A stretch of DNA of 63,386 nt, filler included. It is 8 parts of 8 records of this genome, joined end to end, with 100 filler letters (N's around TTAATTAATTAA, not from the genome) between each part and the next. Parts side by side here need not be neighbours in the genome. Positions count along the whole stretch, not along the records: positions 19,085 to 29,816 come from SRR31156797_43053; positions 29,917 to 40,122 come from SRR31156797_43056; 6 more parts are not named here. One strand, written 5' to 3'. How positions within the stretch are numbered: the first letter of the stretch is position 1; each line of letters begins with the position of its first letter. A model generated the notes under the pieces. That model saw only the letters and a list, made by a program, of their open reading frames with translations. It had not been told where the DNA came from and did no database searches. The translations under genes and the position numbers were made by a program. Shown here piece by piece: positions 20,608 to 31,616 of the stretch.

Positions 20608-20911
20608 ACGTCGCCGCATTTATCCAACCATTCTTTATAATTAACATTCAAATTAATGAATTAATTAGGATAACCTGCGACTTTTTCATTGACATACAAC
20701 ATCAAGTAGCCGTAGAATAAGCCATACAATATATAGACGAGCGGGCCTAAATCAGAGTTCTGTGTGCAAACCTCGGTCGGTTTAACTTGACTACACGCCG
20801 GAATCAGGATATTGGAGATAACGGCTCGAAAGTTTGCACATCTCTTCACAATGAATTGTGATGTAGACGGTCGATTCGGGGTTACAAAGATCGATTATCA
20901 AAATCAGGGCC

Positions 20912-21115
20912 GTGCGAGGATTAAAAATGCCTGTACAACATACAACGGCGGTGGTGGAATTTGATAAGGATTCCATGCCGTCATGCGCTCATGACTGTAT
21001 GTGGTATGAACCCGAGTCTGAAAATGAATCCTGCTTGAACAGGAGTAGTTTTATTTGTCACAAATACAGAGCCGAAGTATTCGGGGCCAATAGAGAGCCG
21101 GGCGGCGTTGGTTAA
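20912..21115 (+). CDS. Small Cys-rich hypothetical protein
   Basis: C-x3-C...C-x7-C; GAGG before the second Met (MPVQ). Confidence 0.45.
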   Translation: MRGLKMPVQHTTAVVEFDKDSMPSCAHDCMWYEPESENESCLNRSSFICHKYRAEVFGANREPGGVG

Positions 21116-21455
21116 ATCCTGCCTGTAAAAGGTTCTTCTTCCCCGATTTTATTCCACTTAGGCGGATAAAGCCTTCTTCGACGGGTTGTCTCCAACAGTG
21201 CAAGTAAAATGCTAATTCTTTAATAATCATTGAATATTATTTTATAATTGCCGCGCCCCCCCGGGTAATGAATCATCTATTAACAGCATGCAAAATGACA
21301 ATATTCTCCTAATCCACCATAAGCGTAATATGACCCGGCCATGGCTTGGATGAAAACTTATTTAATGACGCTCAGGGGGCGCCTCAACATTCGGAGAGCT
21401 GATTTTTTCAATATTTTCATCATTCAAGGCTTAAACAAGGAAGATCGTATTAATC

Positions 21456-22283
21456 ATGGAATCCAATAAAGTGACTGTTTTATCCAAAGCAAAACTGGCT
21501 TCATTACTAACAACCGATTTTATTGGTAGGGAATTAGTTGAAATTTATAAGGAAATAGATTCAACAAACCTTAGAGCCAGGGAACTGGGGCTCAAGGGAG
21601 AAAAAGAAGGGGCTTTAATAGTAACCGAGACTCAGACAGCGGGCCGGGGTCGTCTGGGCAGGGTCTGGCATTCGCCGGCCGGCCTTAATCTGTATTTTTC
21701 AATTCTATTAAAACCCGGGATTCCTAGTGAAGAAATCCCACTCATAACTTTGTTTGCCGGATTAGGGATTGCGGAAGCCGTTGGGAAAGTTACCGGTATT
21801 ACGCCGGATATCAAGTGGCCGAACGACCTTTTGCTTAACGGCCGAAAAATAGCCGGAATGCTTGCTGAAATGGAATTTCAGCCGCCTGACGATCCGGTTG
21901 TTGTGTTAGGCATCGGGTTGAACGTGAATATGCCCCCGGATAAACTTCCGGAGGACTTGTCCAAGACAGCCGGGTCATTGCTGATCGCCACCGGCCGGGA
22001 GTGGGACAGGCATGTTTTACTGGCTGAAATACTAAAAGGAATTGAAGCAAACTATATGGAGTTGACTTCGGACGGCGCTGCCGGTCTTCTGGAGCGATAC
22101 CGGAATGTTTGTTTTACTCTGGGCGCCAAGGTTAAAATGTCAAAAGGCTCGGACATAGTTGTTGGCGTCGCCGTGGACGTGGACCCCATGGGACAATTGG
22201 TTGTAAAAAGGGATACGGACGGAATTTTGGAAAGCTTTAACGCCGGCGAGACAACCATAATCAAGCCCGGGCGAAAAAAATAA
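21456..22283 (+). CDS. birA: Biotin-[acetyl-CoA carboxylase] ligase (no N-terminal HTH)
   Basis: DSTN, QTAGRGRLGRVW, KWPND, KIAGML and GIGLNV motifs. Confidence 0.95.
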   Translation: MESNKVTVLSKAKLASLLTTDFIGRELVEIYKEIDSTNLRARELGLKGEKEGALIVTETQTAGRGRLGRVWHSPAGLNLYFSILLKPGIPSEEIPLITLFAGLGIAEAVGKVTGITPDIKWPNDLLLNGRKIAGMLAEMEFQPPDDPVVVLGIGLNVNMPPDKLPEDLSKTAGSLLIATGREWDRHVLLAEILKGIEANYMELTSDGAAGLLERYRNVCFTLGAKVKMSKGSDIVVGVAVDVDPMGQLVVKRDTDGILESFNAGETTIIKPGRKK

Positions 22284-22407
22284 CAACCCCCGGCGGCGAA
22301 TTGCCGGCCGGGGTATTTTTAATCATCGGGATCGGCTGCTCCGAATAAACGGATAGTAATAAAAAAATCCGGTTTTCGACGCCGTGTTGATATTCAGTAA
22401 GTTTTTA

Positions 22408-22731
22408 TTACTCGGATTCTTCCTCGGCGCCGGATGTTTTCTTCAGCGCTTCCAGTTCCGCCTTGTATTTTTCCGCCTCCGCTTTGTATCTTTCCGCTTC
22501 CGGATCGGGATTATAAGCGCCGGTATCGGCCAGGCTCTGGCTATCCTTCCATTCTTCTATTCCGAGATAAGTTGCCAAAGCGCCGCCCAAAATAAGAATC
22601 AGCGGAATACCGGCCTGCAGAATGATGATAAAAGGCTCCCACCAGTAGACCAGTCCGAGCAGCCCCAGAATCAAGGCTATAATGCCCCCTACCAATGTCA
22701 CCATATGTGCATCCTCCTTCTTTCCAGGCAT
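22408..22731 (-). CDS. Small two-TM membrane protein with coiled-coil tail
   Basis: Hydrophobic helices followed by a YKAEAEKYKAELE repeat; start may be the second Met. Confidence 0.7.
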   Translation of the reverse strand: MPGKKEDAHMVTLVGGIIALILGLLGLVYWWEPFIIILQAGIPLILILGGALATYLGIEEWKDSQSLADTGAYNPDPEAERYKAEAEKYKAELEALKKTSGAEEESE

Positions 22732-23010
22732 CTAGCCTGAATGCTGTTTTCACTGTTGATCTTAATTAACACATATCAGGTCGATAATCAATATGCCTGC
22801 GGGGCGGGATTGTTTTTTATTCGTATATATAGGGTAACAGGGCCAAAGACGCTCTACCCCAATCCATCATACTTTTGCGGACCGGAGTTGACAATACAGG
22901 CCGAGCATGGTTAATAGTAAAAAGAACACTACGTGATTTCATGGTATATTCCGTGGCGCCGCGTAGTGAACCAGTTTGCTTTGCGCGTTTAATTTAAGGA
23001 GAATTACCAA

Positions 23011-23253
23011 ATGCCGATTTATGAATTTCGCTGTATAAATTGCAATGAAATAAATGAGTTATTATTCACGTCCAATGACGAATTAAAGGAAATGAAATGC
23101 AGTCATTGCGGCGGCGAGGATTTGGAACGTGTTTTGAGCACTACCAATTTCAGTGTAAGCTCGGGGTCGCCCGCCCCCCAGACCAATGCCACAACCCATA
23201 ACTGTTCCACAGGCTCGTGCTCGACGCTTGAAATACCGGGTTTAGGTGACTAA
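23011..23253 (+). CDS. FmdB family zinc-ribbon protein
   Basis: MPIYEFRC..C...C..CG pattern; AAGGAG RBS. Confidence 0.9.
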   Translation: MPIYEFRCINCNEINELLFTSNDELKEMKCSHCGGEDLERVLSTTNFSVSSGSPAPQTNATTHNCSTGSCSTLEIPGLGD

Positions 23254-23428
23254 AGACGATGTAAAAGGCCTTGAAGCTGAACTCGAAGCGCTGACGGCCG
23301 AATATGAGGAAGCCAAGGCGGCGGTTCCCCCTCATAGTGTGAAGCCGGATCAGATTTTGCGTCTGGAAGAGCTGGAAGAGGCCATTGAGGAGATTAAAGA
23401 GCGGATCGGCAAGCTGGAGGCGCCTTAA
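23246..23428 (+). CDS. Small coiled-coil hypothetical protein
   Basis: Overlaps the FmdB stop; PPHSV motif between helical segments. Confidence 0.6.
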   Translation: MTKDDVKGLEAELEALTAEYEEAKAAVPPHSVKPDQILRLEELEEAIEEIKERIGKLEAP

Positions 23429-23534
23429 ATTTTCCGCTCGCAATCTATTAGCATTCTTTTAGATTTCAAGATGTCGGGTGACGCCGCGCTAATCCGGGGC
23501 ACGGAAAAAATAACCATTTATGCACAGGCGCGAG

Positions 23535-25526
23535 TTAAGGAGTATCAGGCTGCAACCTGGCTTCTTCATTACCCTGTTGGAAAAACTCGCCAACATCTTC
23601 AAGCTCATGTGTCAAGCGACCCGGAGGCATACTTTTAAGGAATTTTTTACCGTAGCCCTTACGGATGATCCTTACATCAAGCACAGCCATAAGACCCTGA
23701 TCCTCCTCGCTTCTTATCAGACGTCCCAGTCCCTGTTTCAGAGTGATAACCGCTTCCGGAACCATGTAATGAAAAAAAGGATCCCGGCCTTCATCCTTGA
23801 TTTTCTGGGAGCGGGCTTTTATTAAGGGGCTGTCCGGCCGTGGAAACGGCATTTTATCAATGATGACGGCCGATAGACTCTCTCCGGGAACATCGACGCC
23901 TTGCCAGAAACTGTATGTAGCCATGAGCACCGAATGGATGTCTTTTCTGAATTTTTCCAGGAGCACGGTTCTTGGCGCCTGTCCCTGAACAAGGCAAGTC
24001 CAGGGCGCTTTTCCGGCCAGTTTTTCAGCTACATAATTCATGTTCCTATAAGAGGTAAAAAGGACAAAAGCCCTGCCCCGGCTCATCTTTAGCAGCCTGT
24101 CAATCTCACCGGTCAGAGCATCCGCGTATTGCGGACTGGCGGGAAAAGGCAACGAACGTGGTATATAAAGGAGCGTATTTTTTGTAAAATCGTACGGCGA
24201 TTCAAGAGCCAGACCTTCCAATTCCGGAAGCAATCCCATCCTGTCCTTGAAGTATTCAAACGACCCTTCGGTGGTCAGCGTGGCGGAAGTAAAGGTCAGG
24301 CTCAGGCCTCTTTCGTAAAGGCTTTGCTGGAGAAAAGGGGTGATATCGATGGGAGACGCTCTAAGGAACAGTCCCCTGCCCCGCCTTTCCGCCCAGAAGA
24401 CAAATCCCCGATCGCTGCCGTCAAGAATAAAGCCAAAATCCTTGCTGATGGTTGAGGCTCTTACAGCCAAACCTTCCAGGATTTCATCTTCGGATTTCTT
24501 GCCTTCCTTTTCCAGGATGACAGCGATTTCATTCAAACCGGCCGCCAATTTCCCGCCCAGGTCGCGCAGGCCGTCCTTTTCCTGGTCGTCATCGCCCCAA
24601 AGCTCATATTCACCCGGTTTTGTGAGAAAATTTCGAGTAAGGGCGTCGGTGCGGCGGGCCAGGGCGTCCAGGGACTTTCTCAGGTCCGACTTCATCTTTT
24701 TATCGGAATTAAAAGCCTTTTCAATATCGCGTCTTATAAGAGACAATCGCCAGGAGCTGACCGCGGCGCCGAAATACTGGGTGGCTATATCTTCGAGCTG
24801 ATGAGCTTCATCAAAGACCACGGCTTCATAATCGGGAATGACTTCTCCATGGCCCTGTCCTCTCACATCAAGGTCGGCCATGAAAAGATGATGGTTGACT
24901 ACCACCAGGTCGGCGCCGGCGGCGTTCCGCCTGGCCCGATTGAGAAAGCAGTCCTGGTATTCAGGACATTTTCCGCCCAGGCACCGATCGCGCGAGGCGG
25001 AAAAATCGGACCAGGTAATAAATTCATCAGGCAATTCAGACAGTTCAGATCTGTCGCCTGTTTTGGTTTCATAGGCCCATTTCTTAATTCTTTCCCAAAA
25101 GACTGTTTCGTGGGGGGCCATGAAAACGGGATTTTTTTCAAAATCCTTAAAATGATGCAGGCAAAGGTAGTTTTCCCGCCCCTTGAGATAGGCTGCCCTA
25201 AAAGGGGCGTCCAGAGTTTTTCGGATAAAGGGGATATCTTTGAAAAAGATTTGTTCCTGCAGGTTTTTGGTGCCCGTGGATATTATGGTTTTTTTACCGC
25301 TCAGCAAAGCGGGAATGAGATAAGCCAGGGTTTTTCCGGTTCCGGTCCCGGCTTCAACAAGCGCGAAGTCGTCATTGGCAAAGGCCCTGGCGACTTCGAG
25401 GGCCATTTCCAATTGAGAGGGCCTGTTTTCGTAACCTGGCCACTTTGCGGCAAGACTTCCCCGAGGGCCTAGGATATCCTCGACCGCCCCGGACAGGTGA
25501 TCATTGCTGGGATTACGGCCTTCCAC
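23535..25526 (-). CDS. DinG/YoaA family ATP-dependent DNA helicase
   Basis: EAGTGTGKT, Fe-S cysteines, DEAH, SATL, QGVDVPG and QGLGRLIR motifs. Confidence 0.95.
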   Translation of the reverse strand: MEGRNPSNDHLSGAVEDILGPRGSLAAKWPGYENRPSQLEMALEVARAFANDDFALVEAGTGTGKTLAYLIPALLSGKKTIISTGTKNLQEQIFFKDIPFIRKTLDAPFRAAYLKGRENYLCLHHFKDFEKNPVFMAPHETVFWERIKKWAYETKTGDRSELSELPDEFITWSDFSASRDRCLGGKCPEYQDCFLNRARRNAAGADLVVVNHHLFMADLDVRGQGHGEVIPDYEAVVFDEAHQLEDIATQYFGAAVSSWRLSLIRRDIEKAFNSDKKMKSDLRKSLDALARRTDALTRNFLTKPGEYELWGDDDQEKDGLRDLGGKLAAGLNEIAVILEKEGKKSEDEILEGLAVRASTISKDFGFILDGSDRGFVFWAERRGRGLFLRASPIDITPFLQQSLYERGLSLTFTSATLTTEGSFEYFKDRMGLLPELEGLALESPYDFTKNTLLYIPRSLPFPASPQYADALTGEIDRLLKMSRGRAFVLFTSYRNMNYVAEKLAGKAPWTCLVQGQAPRTVLLEKFRKDIHSVLMATYSFWQGVDVPGESLSAVIIDKMPFPRPDSPLIKARSQKIKDEGRDPFFHYMVPEAVITLKQGLGRLIRSEEDQGLMAVLDVRIIRKGYGKKFLKSMPPGRLTHELEDVGEFFQQGNEEARLQPDTP

Positions 25527-25533
25527 TGATCAG

Positions 25534-28011
25534 CTACAGGTCCTTTTCATCATCGCCCAGGTCGCTTTTAAGAAAATCGTCTCCCGGGCTTCCCCCTGTT
25601 TCCGAATATCCGGTGCCGATAGTGCCGGCCTTGTAGCAAATACCCACGGAACCGTTATTCACAATGGTTGCATCGGGAGGCACTGTAAAATCCTTGACCG
25701 GCTTGTCTTTAAGGACATCTTTCATGTAATAGAGAAAGATGGGCGCGGCGGCCTTGCCTCCGCTTTCACCCCAGCCCATGCGTTTCATCGTGTCGAGGCC
25801 AACCCAGACGCCGGTGACATATTCGGGCGTAAACCCGATAAACCAGGCGTCGGCAAGGTCATTGGTGGTGCCTGTTTTACCTCCGCAAGGCCTGCCCAGC
25901 GCTTTCACGCGAGTGCCGGTCCCATGGGCGACCACGCCTTGAAGCATGTGCTGAATAACGCAGGCCGTGCCCGGGCTGATGGCCCTGATGCGGGTGGGCA
26001 GGAATTCTTCAATTACCTGGCCGTTTCGGTCTTCAATTTTAGTTATGTACATTGGTTCCACGCGTTCGCCGAGATTGGGAAACGTGGAAAAGGCGCTGAC
26101 CATTTCGGCCAATGATACGCCGGCCGAGCCAAGGGCCAGGGTCAAATTCTCCGGCAATGGGGCGGTTATGCCCAGCTTTTTTGCTGTTTCAAAAACGGCC
26201 GGATACCCGACTTTGGACAGTAGCTTAATGGCCATGACATTTCGCGAACTGGTGAGCCCGGTGTAAAGGTCGGTGGGGCCATAAAATTTACGGTCGAAGT
26301 TGGTCGGCTTCCAGCGCCGGCCGTGGGCGAAATCGTCATAGACAATGGGCGAATCGATTATAATGGAGCCTGGAGTAAATCCGTTGTCCATGGCCGCGGT
26401 ATAGATTATGGGTTTAAAAGAGGAGCCCGGCTGCCGCTTTGACTGAACAGCCCGGTTGAACTGGGTTTCCATGAAATCCCTGCCGCCCACCATGGCCTTT
26501 ACAGCGCCGTCCTTGAGATCGAGACTCATCATGGCTGAATGAACCTGGGGTTTTTGTTCCAGGGTGAAAAACAGGCCTTTTTCCTTGGGCTTTTCTTTTT
26601 TCTTTTTGTTTTTCTGGTCTTTTTTCTCTTCAGGTACGGCCAGTTGAACGAGGATTAAATCTCCAGGCGCCAGCAGTTTTTTGAGAGACGGACTTTTTCT
26701 CAGGACCCAAAGAAGGTCTTTTCTTTTTATAATGCCTTCCTGGTCGCCGATTTTTATTTTAAGGGTTTTCTTTTTGGCGTCCACCTCGGATACGACCGCT
26801 TCATATTCACGGCCCTTTTCCAATGGTTTCTTTTTGAGTTTTTCAGCCTGTTCAGCCAGAAATTCGGCTGCTTCCTCAGGAGTGAGCTGTTTTATCGGTC
26901 CCCGGTATTTTCTTCTTTTGGTAAATTCGCGCAGTCCCATTCCCACGGATTTTCTGGCCGCGGCCTGGTATTCGATATTAACCGTGGTGTAGACTTTGAA
27001 TCCGTCGTTATACAGCCTTTCTTCACCGTATTTATCTACCAGCATCCTCCGGACGTGTTCGGTGAAATATGGAGTGTGTATCAGGTTCACGTTGGACCTG
27101 TTGTAGAATTCAAGCTTCTCGGCCAGGGCTTCATCGGCCTGTTCCTTGGTTATAAAGCCTTTTTCATTCATTTGCCCAATGGTGTAAACCTGACGTTTTC
27201 GGGCTGCTTCCGGCCTTGAGTATGGAGAAAAGCTGCTTGGGGCTGATGTTAAACCAGCCAGCAGGGCTGCTTCGGCAATGGTTAGTTGGTCGACGTGTTT
27301 GTCAAAATATAATTCAGCCGCGGATTCGATGCCATGGGCGCCGTGTCCCAGGTAGATCTGGTTGAGGTAAAGGAAGAGGACTTCATCCTTGCTCAGGTTT
27401 CTGTCGATGCGGTAGGCGAGTATAGCTTCCTTGATCTTTCGGGTGTATTTTTTTTCAGGCGTGAGCAGTAGGGAACGGGTGATCTGTTGAGTAATAGTGC
27501 TGCCGCCCTGAACGATGCGCCCCGCTTCGAGGTTTTTGACAAATGCGCGGGCGATACTGACCAGGTCGATTCCTTTATGGTGATAAAAATTTGCATCTTC
27601 GGCAGCAATGAAAGCATGCCGGACATGCTTGGGAATTTTGGCCAGAGGAACGACAATACGCCGCTCGTGACTGTATTCTCCTATTATGCGCCCATCGTCC
27701 GAATAAAAGAAGGTCACGGTTTTGGGCCGATAGTTTTTGAGGGCGTCAATGGACGGTAAATCCTGGGAATAATAGCTATAACCCAGCAGGGCGCTCACTG
27801 CCCCCAAAATGACGATCATTCCGACCAATGAAAGGAAAGCAAAAGTAATCTTCCGCCCCCAGTTTCTTTTTGGCGGAGGCGCTGCCTTTTTCTTCTTTGC
27901 AGAAGATTCCTTTTGCTGTTTCGGATCTTTTTTACCGGTCTCTTTTTTTGATATCGGCTTCTTTTTATCAGCCACGTCTATTTCCCTACCTTGATATTCC
28001 GTCAAAATCAT
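25534..28011 (-). CDS. mrcA: Penicillin-binding protein 1A
   Basis: Transglycosylase motifs EDANF and GGSTITQQ; transpeptidase motifs SSFK, SRN and KTG. Confidence 0.93.
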   Translation of the reverse strand: MILTEYQGREIDVADKKKPISKKETGKKDPKQQKESSAKKKKAAPPPKRNWGRKITFAFLSLVGMIVILGAVSALLGYSYYSQDLPSIDALKNYRPKTVTFFYSDDGRIIGEYSHERRIVVPLAKIPKHVRHAFIAAEDANFYHHKGIDLVSIARAFVKNLEAGRIVQGGSTITQQITRSLLLTPEKKYTRKIKEAILAYRIDRNLSKDEVLFLYLNQIYLGHGAHGIESAAELYFDKHVDQLTIAEAALLAGLTSAPSSFSPYSRPEAARKRQVYTIGQMNEKGFITKEQADEALAEKLEFYNRSNVNLIHTPYFTEHVRRMLVDKYGEERLYNDGFKVYTTVNIEYQAAARKSVGMGLREFTKRRKYRGPIKQLTPEEAAEFLAEQAEKLKKKPLEKGREYEAVVSEVDAKKKTLKIKIGDQEGIIKRKDLLWVLRKSPSLKKLLAPGDLILVQLAVPEEKKDQKNKKKKEKPKEKGLFFTLEQKPQVHSAMMSLDLKDGAVKAMVGGRDFMETQFNRAVQSKRQPGSSFKPIIYTAAMDNGFTPGSIIIDSPIVYDDFAHGRRWKPTNFDRKFYGPTDLYTGLTSSRNVMAIKLLSKVGYPAVFETAKKLGITAPLPENLTLALGSAGVSLAEMVSAFSTFPNLGERVEPMYITKIEDRNGQVIEEFLPTRIRAISPGTACVIQHMLQGVVAHGTGTRVKALGRPCGGKTGTTNDLADAWFIGFTPEYVTGVWVGLDTMKRMGWGESGGKAAAPIFLYYMKDVLKDKPVKDFTVPPDATIVNNGSVGICYKAGTIGTGYSETGGSPGDDFLKSDLGDDEKDL

Positions 28012-28223
28012 CTTGACGCTTGAAGCGAACTTTATACTATACTTGACAAGTGTTACGTCAACCCAAAAATTAGCAGATTAACCGGGCCGACGCGGCTCAT
28101 GTTTCATCCGCTTCAAATGATTGCGGAGATATATTGTATAATAGGACGTTTAATTGTGCAAATCGGGTCTAACCCGGCGCGACCGAAAAAACGTTCACGC
28201 ATGGAAATATAAGGAGATTAACA

Positions 28224-28415
28224 ATGAAATGCCCTATTTGCGGTTCGAGTGCGGTAGTAGCCAAGGTATGTACGGACAATATTATAGAAAAGGTGCAGGC
28301 GGGCGGGGACGCTTATGATGTGATTTACGGCGAAGGTAAATCCGAGTGCCGTTCCTGCGGCCATATATTCACCGACGACGAGGCTGAACACAACGAAAAG
28401 GAACAGGGACGTTGA
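28224..28415 (+). CDS. Small zinc-ribbon protein
   Basis: CPICG...CRSCG; AAGGAG RBS. Confidence 0.7.
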   Translation: MKCPICGSSAVVAKVCTDNIIEKVQAGGDAYDVIYGEGKSECRSCGHIFTDDEAEHNEKEQGR

Positions 28416-28448
28416 CATAGTATTTACCTTTGTCTATTCTCTTAAATT

Positions 28449-28970
28449 ATGAAAGCCCAATCCATTTTAATATGCACGGTCATGGTCGCGGCTCTTGCGG
28501 CGTTCACTTCCGGAGCGATTGCTTCGGATACCCTGCAGGAACTTCAAGACGCGTACATGGCCCAGAGGAGCGGCGATCACAAGAAAGCCATTGAATTATA
28601 TACCGTTGTTTTAAAAAAAAGGACGATCAAGGCAAAACAGAGGGCAGTGGCTTATCTACTGCGAGGGGAGTCGTATCTGGATGCGGGCGAGTTGGACAGA
28701 GCGATTTCGGATCTGTCCCGTTCGATCCGAATATATCGGAATTACGCCCATGCCTACTACTTCAGGAGCCAAGCTTATGAAAAAAAGGGCGAAGTTGATA
28801 AAGCATTAAAAGATATGGAAAAAGCATCGTCCCTGAAACCTGAAAGCGATCTTTATAAATATAAGCTGGATATTCTCAAGGCCAAGGCGGGAGTGGTCGA
28901 GCCTGTTGAAAAGAAAGTAAAACCCAAAAAAAAGGCCAAAAAAGAAGTGGAAAAAACACCAGAAAAATAG
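28449..28970 (+). CDS. Secreted TPR protein
   Basis: Signal peptide, TPR repeats (AYLLRG, AYYFRS), Lys-rich tail. Confidence 0.85.
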   Translation: MKAQSILICTVMVAALAAFTSGAIASDTLQELQDAYMAQRSGDHKKAIELYTVVLKKRTIKAKQRAVAYLLRGESYLDAGELDRAISDLSRSIRIYRNYAHAYYFRSQAYEKKGEVDKALKDMEKASSLKPESDLYKYKLDILKAKAGVVEPVEKKVKPKKKAKKEVEKTPEK

Positions 28971-29078
28971 GTTTTTCCTATGAACATGAAAAATAAGACA
29001 AAATGAATTCAAGGTAACGGTATTGAAAATAGCCCGATATACCTATAGAATTATAATCCGCCACAAGGAGTACAGACT

Positions 29079-29486
29079 ATGAAAATCAAAAGAATTGCAC
29101 ACATCGGCATTGGTGTGGCCGACACCGATCAGGCCCATAAGTTTTACACGGAAATGTTGGGATTGAACCTGGACCGACAGGAAGACCTGGGGGAGCTCAA
29201 GGTTTCGTTTATTCCGGTCGGGGAAACGAACGTGGAATTGGTTCAATCTACTACGCCTGAAGGCGTTATGGCCAAGTTCATTGAAAAAAAGGGAGAAGGA
29301 ATCCATCATATAGCTTATGAGGTGGAAGATATCGATGCGGCCTTGGAAGAATTGAAGGCCAAGGGAGTTAAACTGGTCGATACGGAAGCCAGGCCGGGCG
29401 CTCATGGAGCGCGTATCGCCTTTTTGCATCCGAAAGCGACAAACGGAGTATTAACCGAGCTAGTGGAGTACCCGGAGGACCACTAA
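29079..29486 (+). CDS. mce: Methylmalonyl-CoA epimerase
   Basis: HIGIGV, GEGIHHIAYEV and FLHPK..NGVLTEL motifs. Confidence 0.92.
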   Translation: MKIKRIAHIGIGVADTDQAHKFYTEMLGLNLDRQEDLGELKVSFIPVGETNVELVQSTTPEGVMAKFIEKKGEGIHHIAYEVEDIDAALEELKAKGVKLVDTEARPGAHGARIAFLHPKATNGVLTELVEYPEDH

Positions 29487-29505
29487 AGACCTGGAGGTCG
29501 TTTAA

Positions 29506-29816
29506 ATGTGGGATTATACCGACAAGGTAAAAGATCATTTTGAGAACCCGCGGAACGTGGGTGAAGTGGGTAAAATAGACGGGCTCGGTGAAGTTGGTTC
29601 CCTGGCCTGCGGCGACGCATTACGCCTGACGATTGAAGTCGGAGACGACGGCAAAATAGTTGACGCGCAGTTTCAGACTTTCGGCTGCGCCAGCGCCATA
29701 GCCAGTTCTTCCGCGTTGACTGAAATGGTCAAAGGCATGACCCTTGATGAGGCGTCCAAGATCACGAATCAAGATATTGCCGAATACCTTGGCGGACTGC
29801 CCAAGGAAAAGATGCA
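29506..29816 (+). CDS. nifU: NifU/IscU Fe-S scaffold (3' truncated)
   Basis: [32 protein letters not shown] and LGGLPKEKM motifs. Confidence 0.88.
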
Positions 29817-29916
29817 NNNNNNNNNNNNNNNNNNNNNNNNNNNNNNNNNNNNNNNNNNNNTTAATTAATTAANNNNNNNNNNNNNNNNNNNNNNNNNNNN
29901 NNNNNNNNNNNNNNNN
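29817..29916. other. Artificial contig spacer
   Basis: N-run with TTAATTAATTAA. Confidence 0.98.
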
Positions 29917-31474
29917 GTCCGATACTGGGTTCATCTAAAATATACATCACACCCATTAACTGAGATCCGATCTGAGTTGCAAGGCGAATGCGCTGTGCCT
30001 CCCCTCCCGAAAGCGTACCGGCCGATCGATTGAGCGTTAGATAATCCAATCCAACATTCTCAAGGAATCCCAACCTCTGGTTCATTTCTTTCAATATTTG
30101 CTCGGCAATGATCTTTTCATTATTGGTCAGTTTCAGGCCGCAAATAAACTTAAGTGCCTGTTTTATGGACATACGTTCAAGATCATCAATGTTCTTGCCA
30201 CTGATATAAACAGAGGTCGATATCCGTTTTAAACGCGAACCGCCGCATACCCGACACGTTTGCTGTGAGATATACTTATCAATTTGTTCACGAATATAGG
30301 CCGAGTTTGTCTGATGATAACGGCGTTTTAAATTTGGAATAACACCTTCCCAACCACCCGTATACTGGCCGCTCCAGTTCTTGCCTTGATAATCGATCAC
30401 AAGTTTTCGGCCTTTTGTACCAAATAACAAGATATCCTGGACTTCTTTATTCAATTGATACCATGGAGTTGAGAATTTGAAATCGTATTTTTCAGCCAAT
30501 CCCTTTAAAACATTTCCGTAATAAGTTCCTTTGGGCTGTTCACCTATGGGTGTTAATGCTCCTTGAAGCAAACTTTTTGATTTATCCGGCACAACAAGAT
30601 CCGGAGAGAATTCCATTTGGAATCCAAGTCCGTTACAAGCCGGACATGCACCTATAGGGCTATTAAAAGAGAACATTCTAGGCGTCAATTCTTCCAAATT
30701 GACCTCAGGATGATCCGTACAAATGAAATTCTCTGAAAAACGGTGTTCTAAACTGGCTGATTCATGTACAATAACGTTGCCATTACCGTACTTCAGTGCC
30801 AATTCAATACTTTCCGTCAATCTTTGTTGAACATCATGATTGATGACCAATCTATCGATAACAACATCTACATCATGTTTATTATTGCGCTCAGGGTACT
30901 TAATATCGCTCAATTGTTGGATCTTTCCATCTACTCTGACCCTAAGAAACCCTTCTTTTTTCAATTGATTAAAGAACTCTTTGAATTCACCCTTGCGCTG
31001 ACGATAGGCAGGTGCCAGGATCTGGATCTTTGAGCCTTCAGGAATGCTCAGGACTCTATCCACGATCTCCTGAACAGTCATTTTAGAGATGGGTTTACCG
31101 CAAATAAAACAATGAGGTTTACCGATCCGGGCAAATAATAATCGCATGTAATCATGGATCTCCGTGATGGTTGCCACGGTCGATCTCGGATTACGATGAG
31201 TTGTCTTTTGCTCAATGGAAATGGCGGGAGATAAACCTTCGATCTTATCGATATCGGGTTTCTCCATAATACCCAGGAATTGACGTGCGTAGGAAGATAG
31301 GGACTCAACATAGCGGCGTTGGCCTTCTGCATAGAGTGTGTCAAAAGCTAAAGAGGATTTACCACTACCACTTAATCCCGTGATAATCACCAACTTATCT
31401 CTTGGTATCTCAACATGGATATCCTTAAGGTTATGCTCTCTTGCACCGCTGATGATGATCTTATTTTGTGTCAT
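29917..31474 (-). CDS. uvrA: Excinuclease ABC subunit A (3' truncated)
   Basis: GAREHNLK, GLSGSGKSS, zinc fingers, LSGGEAQRIRLATQIG. Confidence 0.97.
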
Positions 31475-31576
31475 TTTTATCCTAATATTTATCCTGTAAA
31501 CATACGGATTTTCATGATTAATCGGAAGAATTATTTGGTGGATATCTAATATGTTTTTTTAATGATATGTATATAG

Positions 31577-31598
31577 GGGCGGACCCAAGTGTCCGCCC
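31577..31598. repeat. REP-like hairpin GGGCGGAC-CCAAGT-GTCCGCCC
   Basis: Perfect 8-bp stem preceded by ATAG (GTAG-REP-like). Confidence 0.6.
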
Positions 31599-31616
31599 AA
31601 TAAAAAAGGCATATAA

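Noticed and set aside
28155-28190. c-di-GMP-I riboswitch-like GCAAA hairpin (also GGCCTAAA near 20744)
   Set aside because: The GNRA loop, the second GCAAA motif and the paired second stem are missing.
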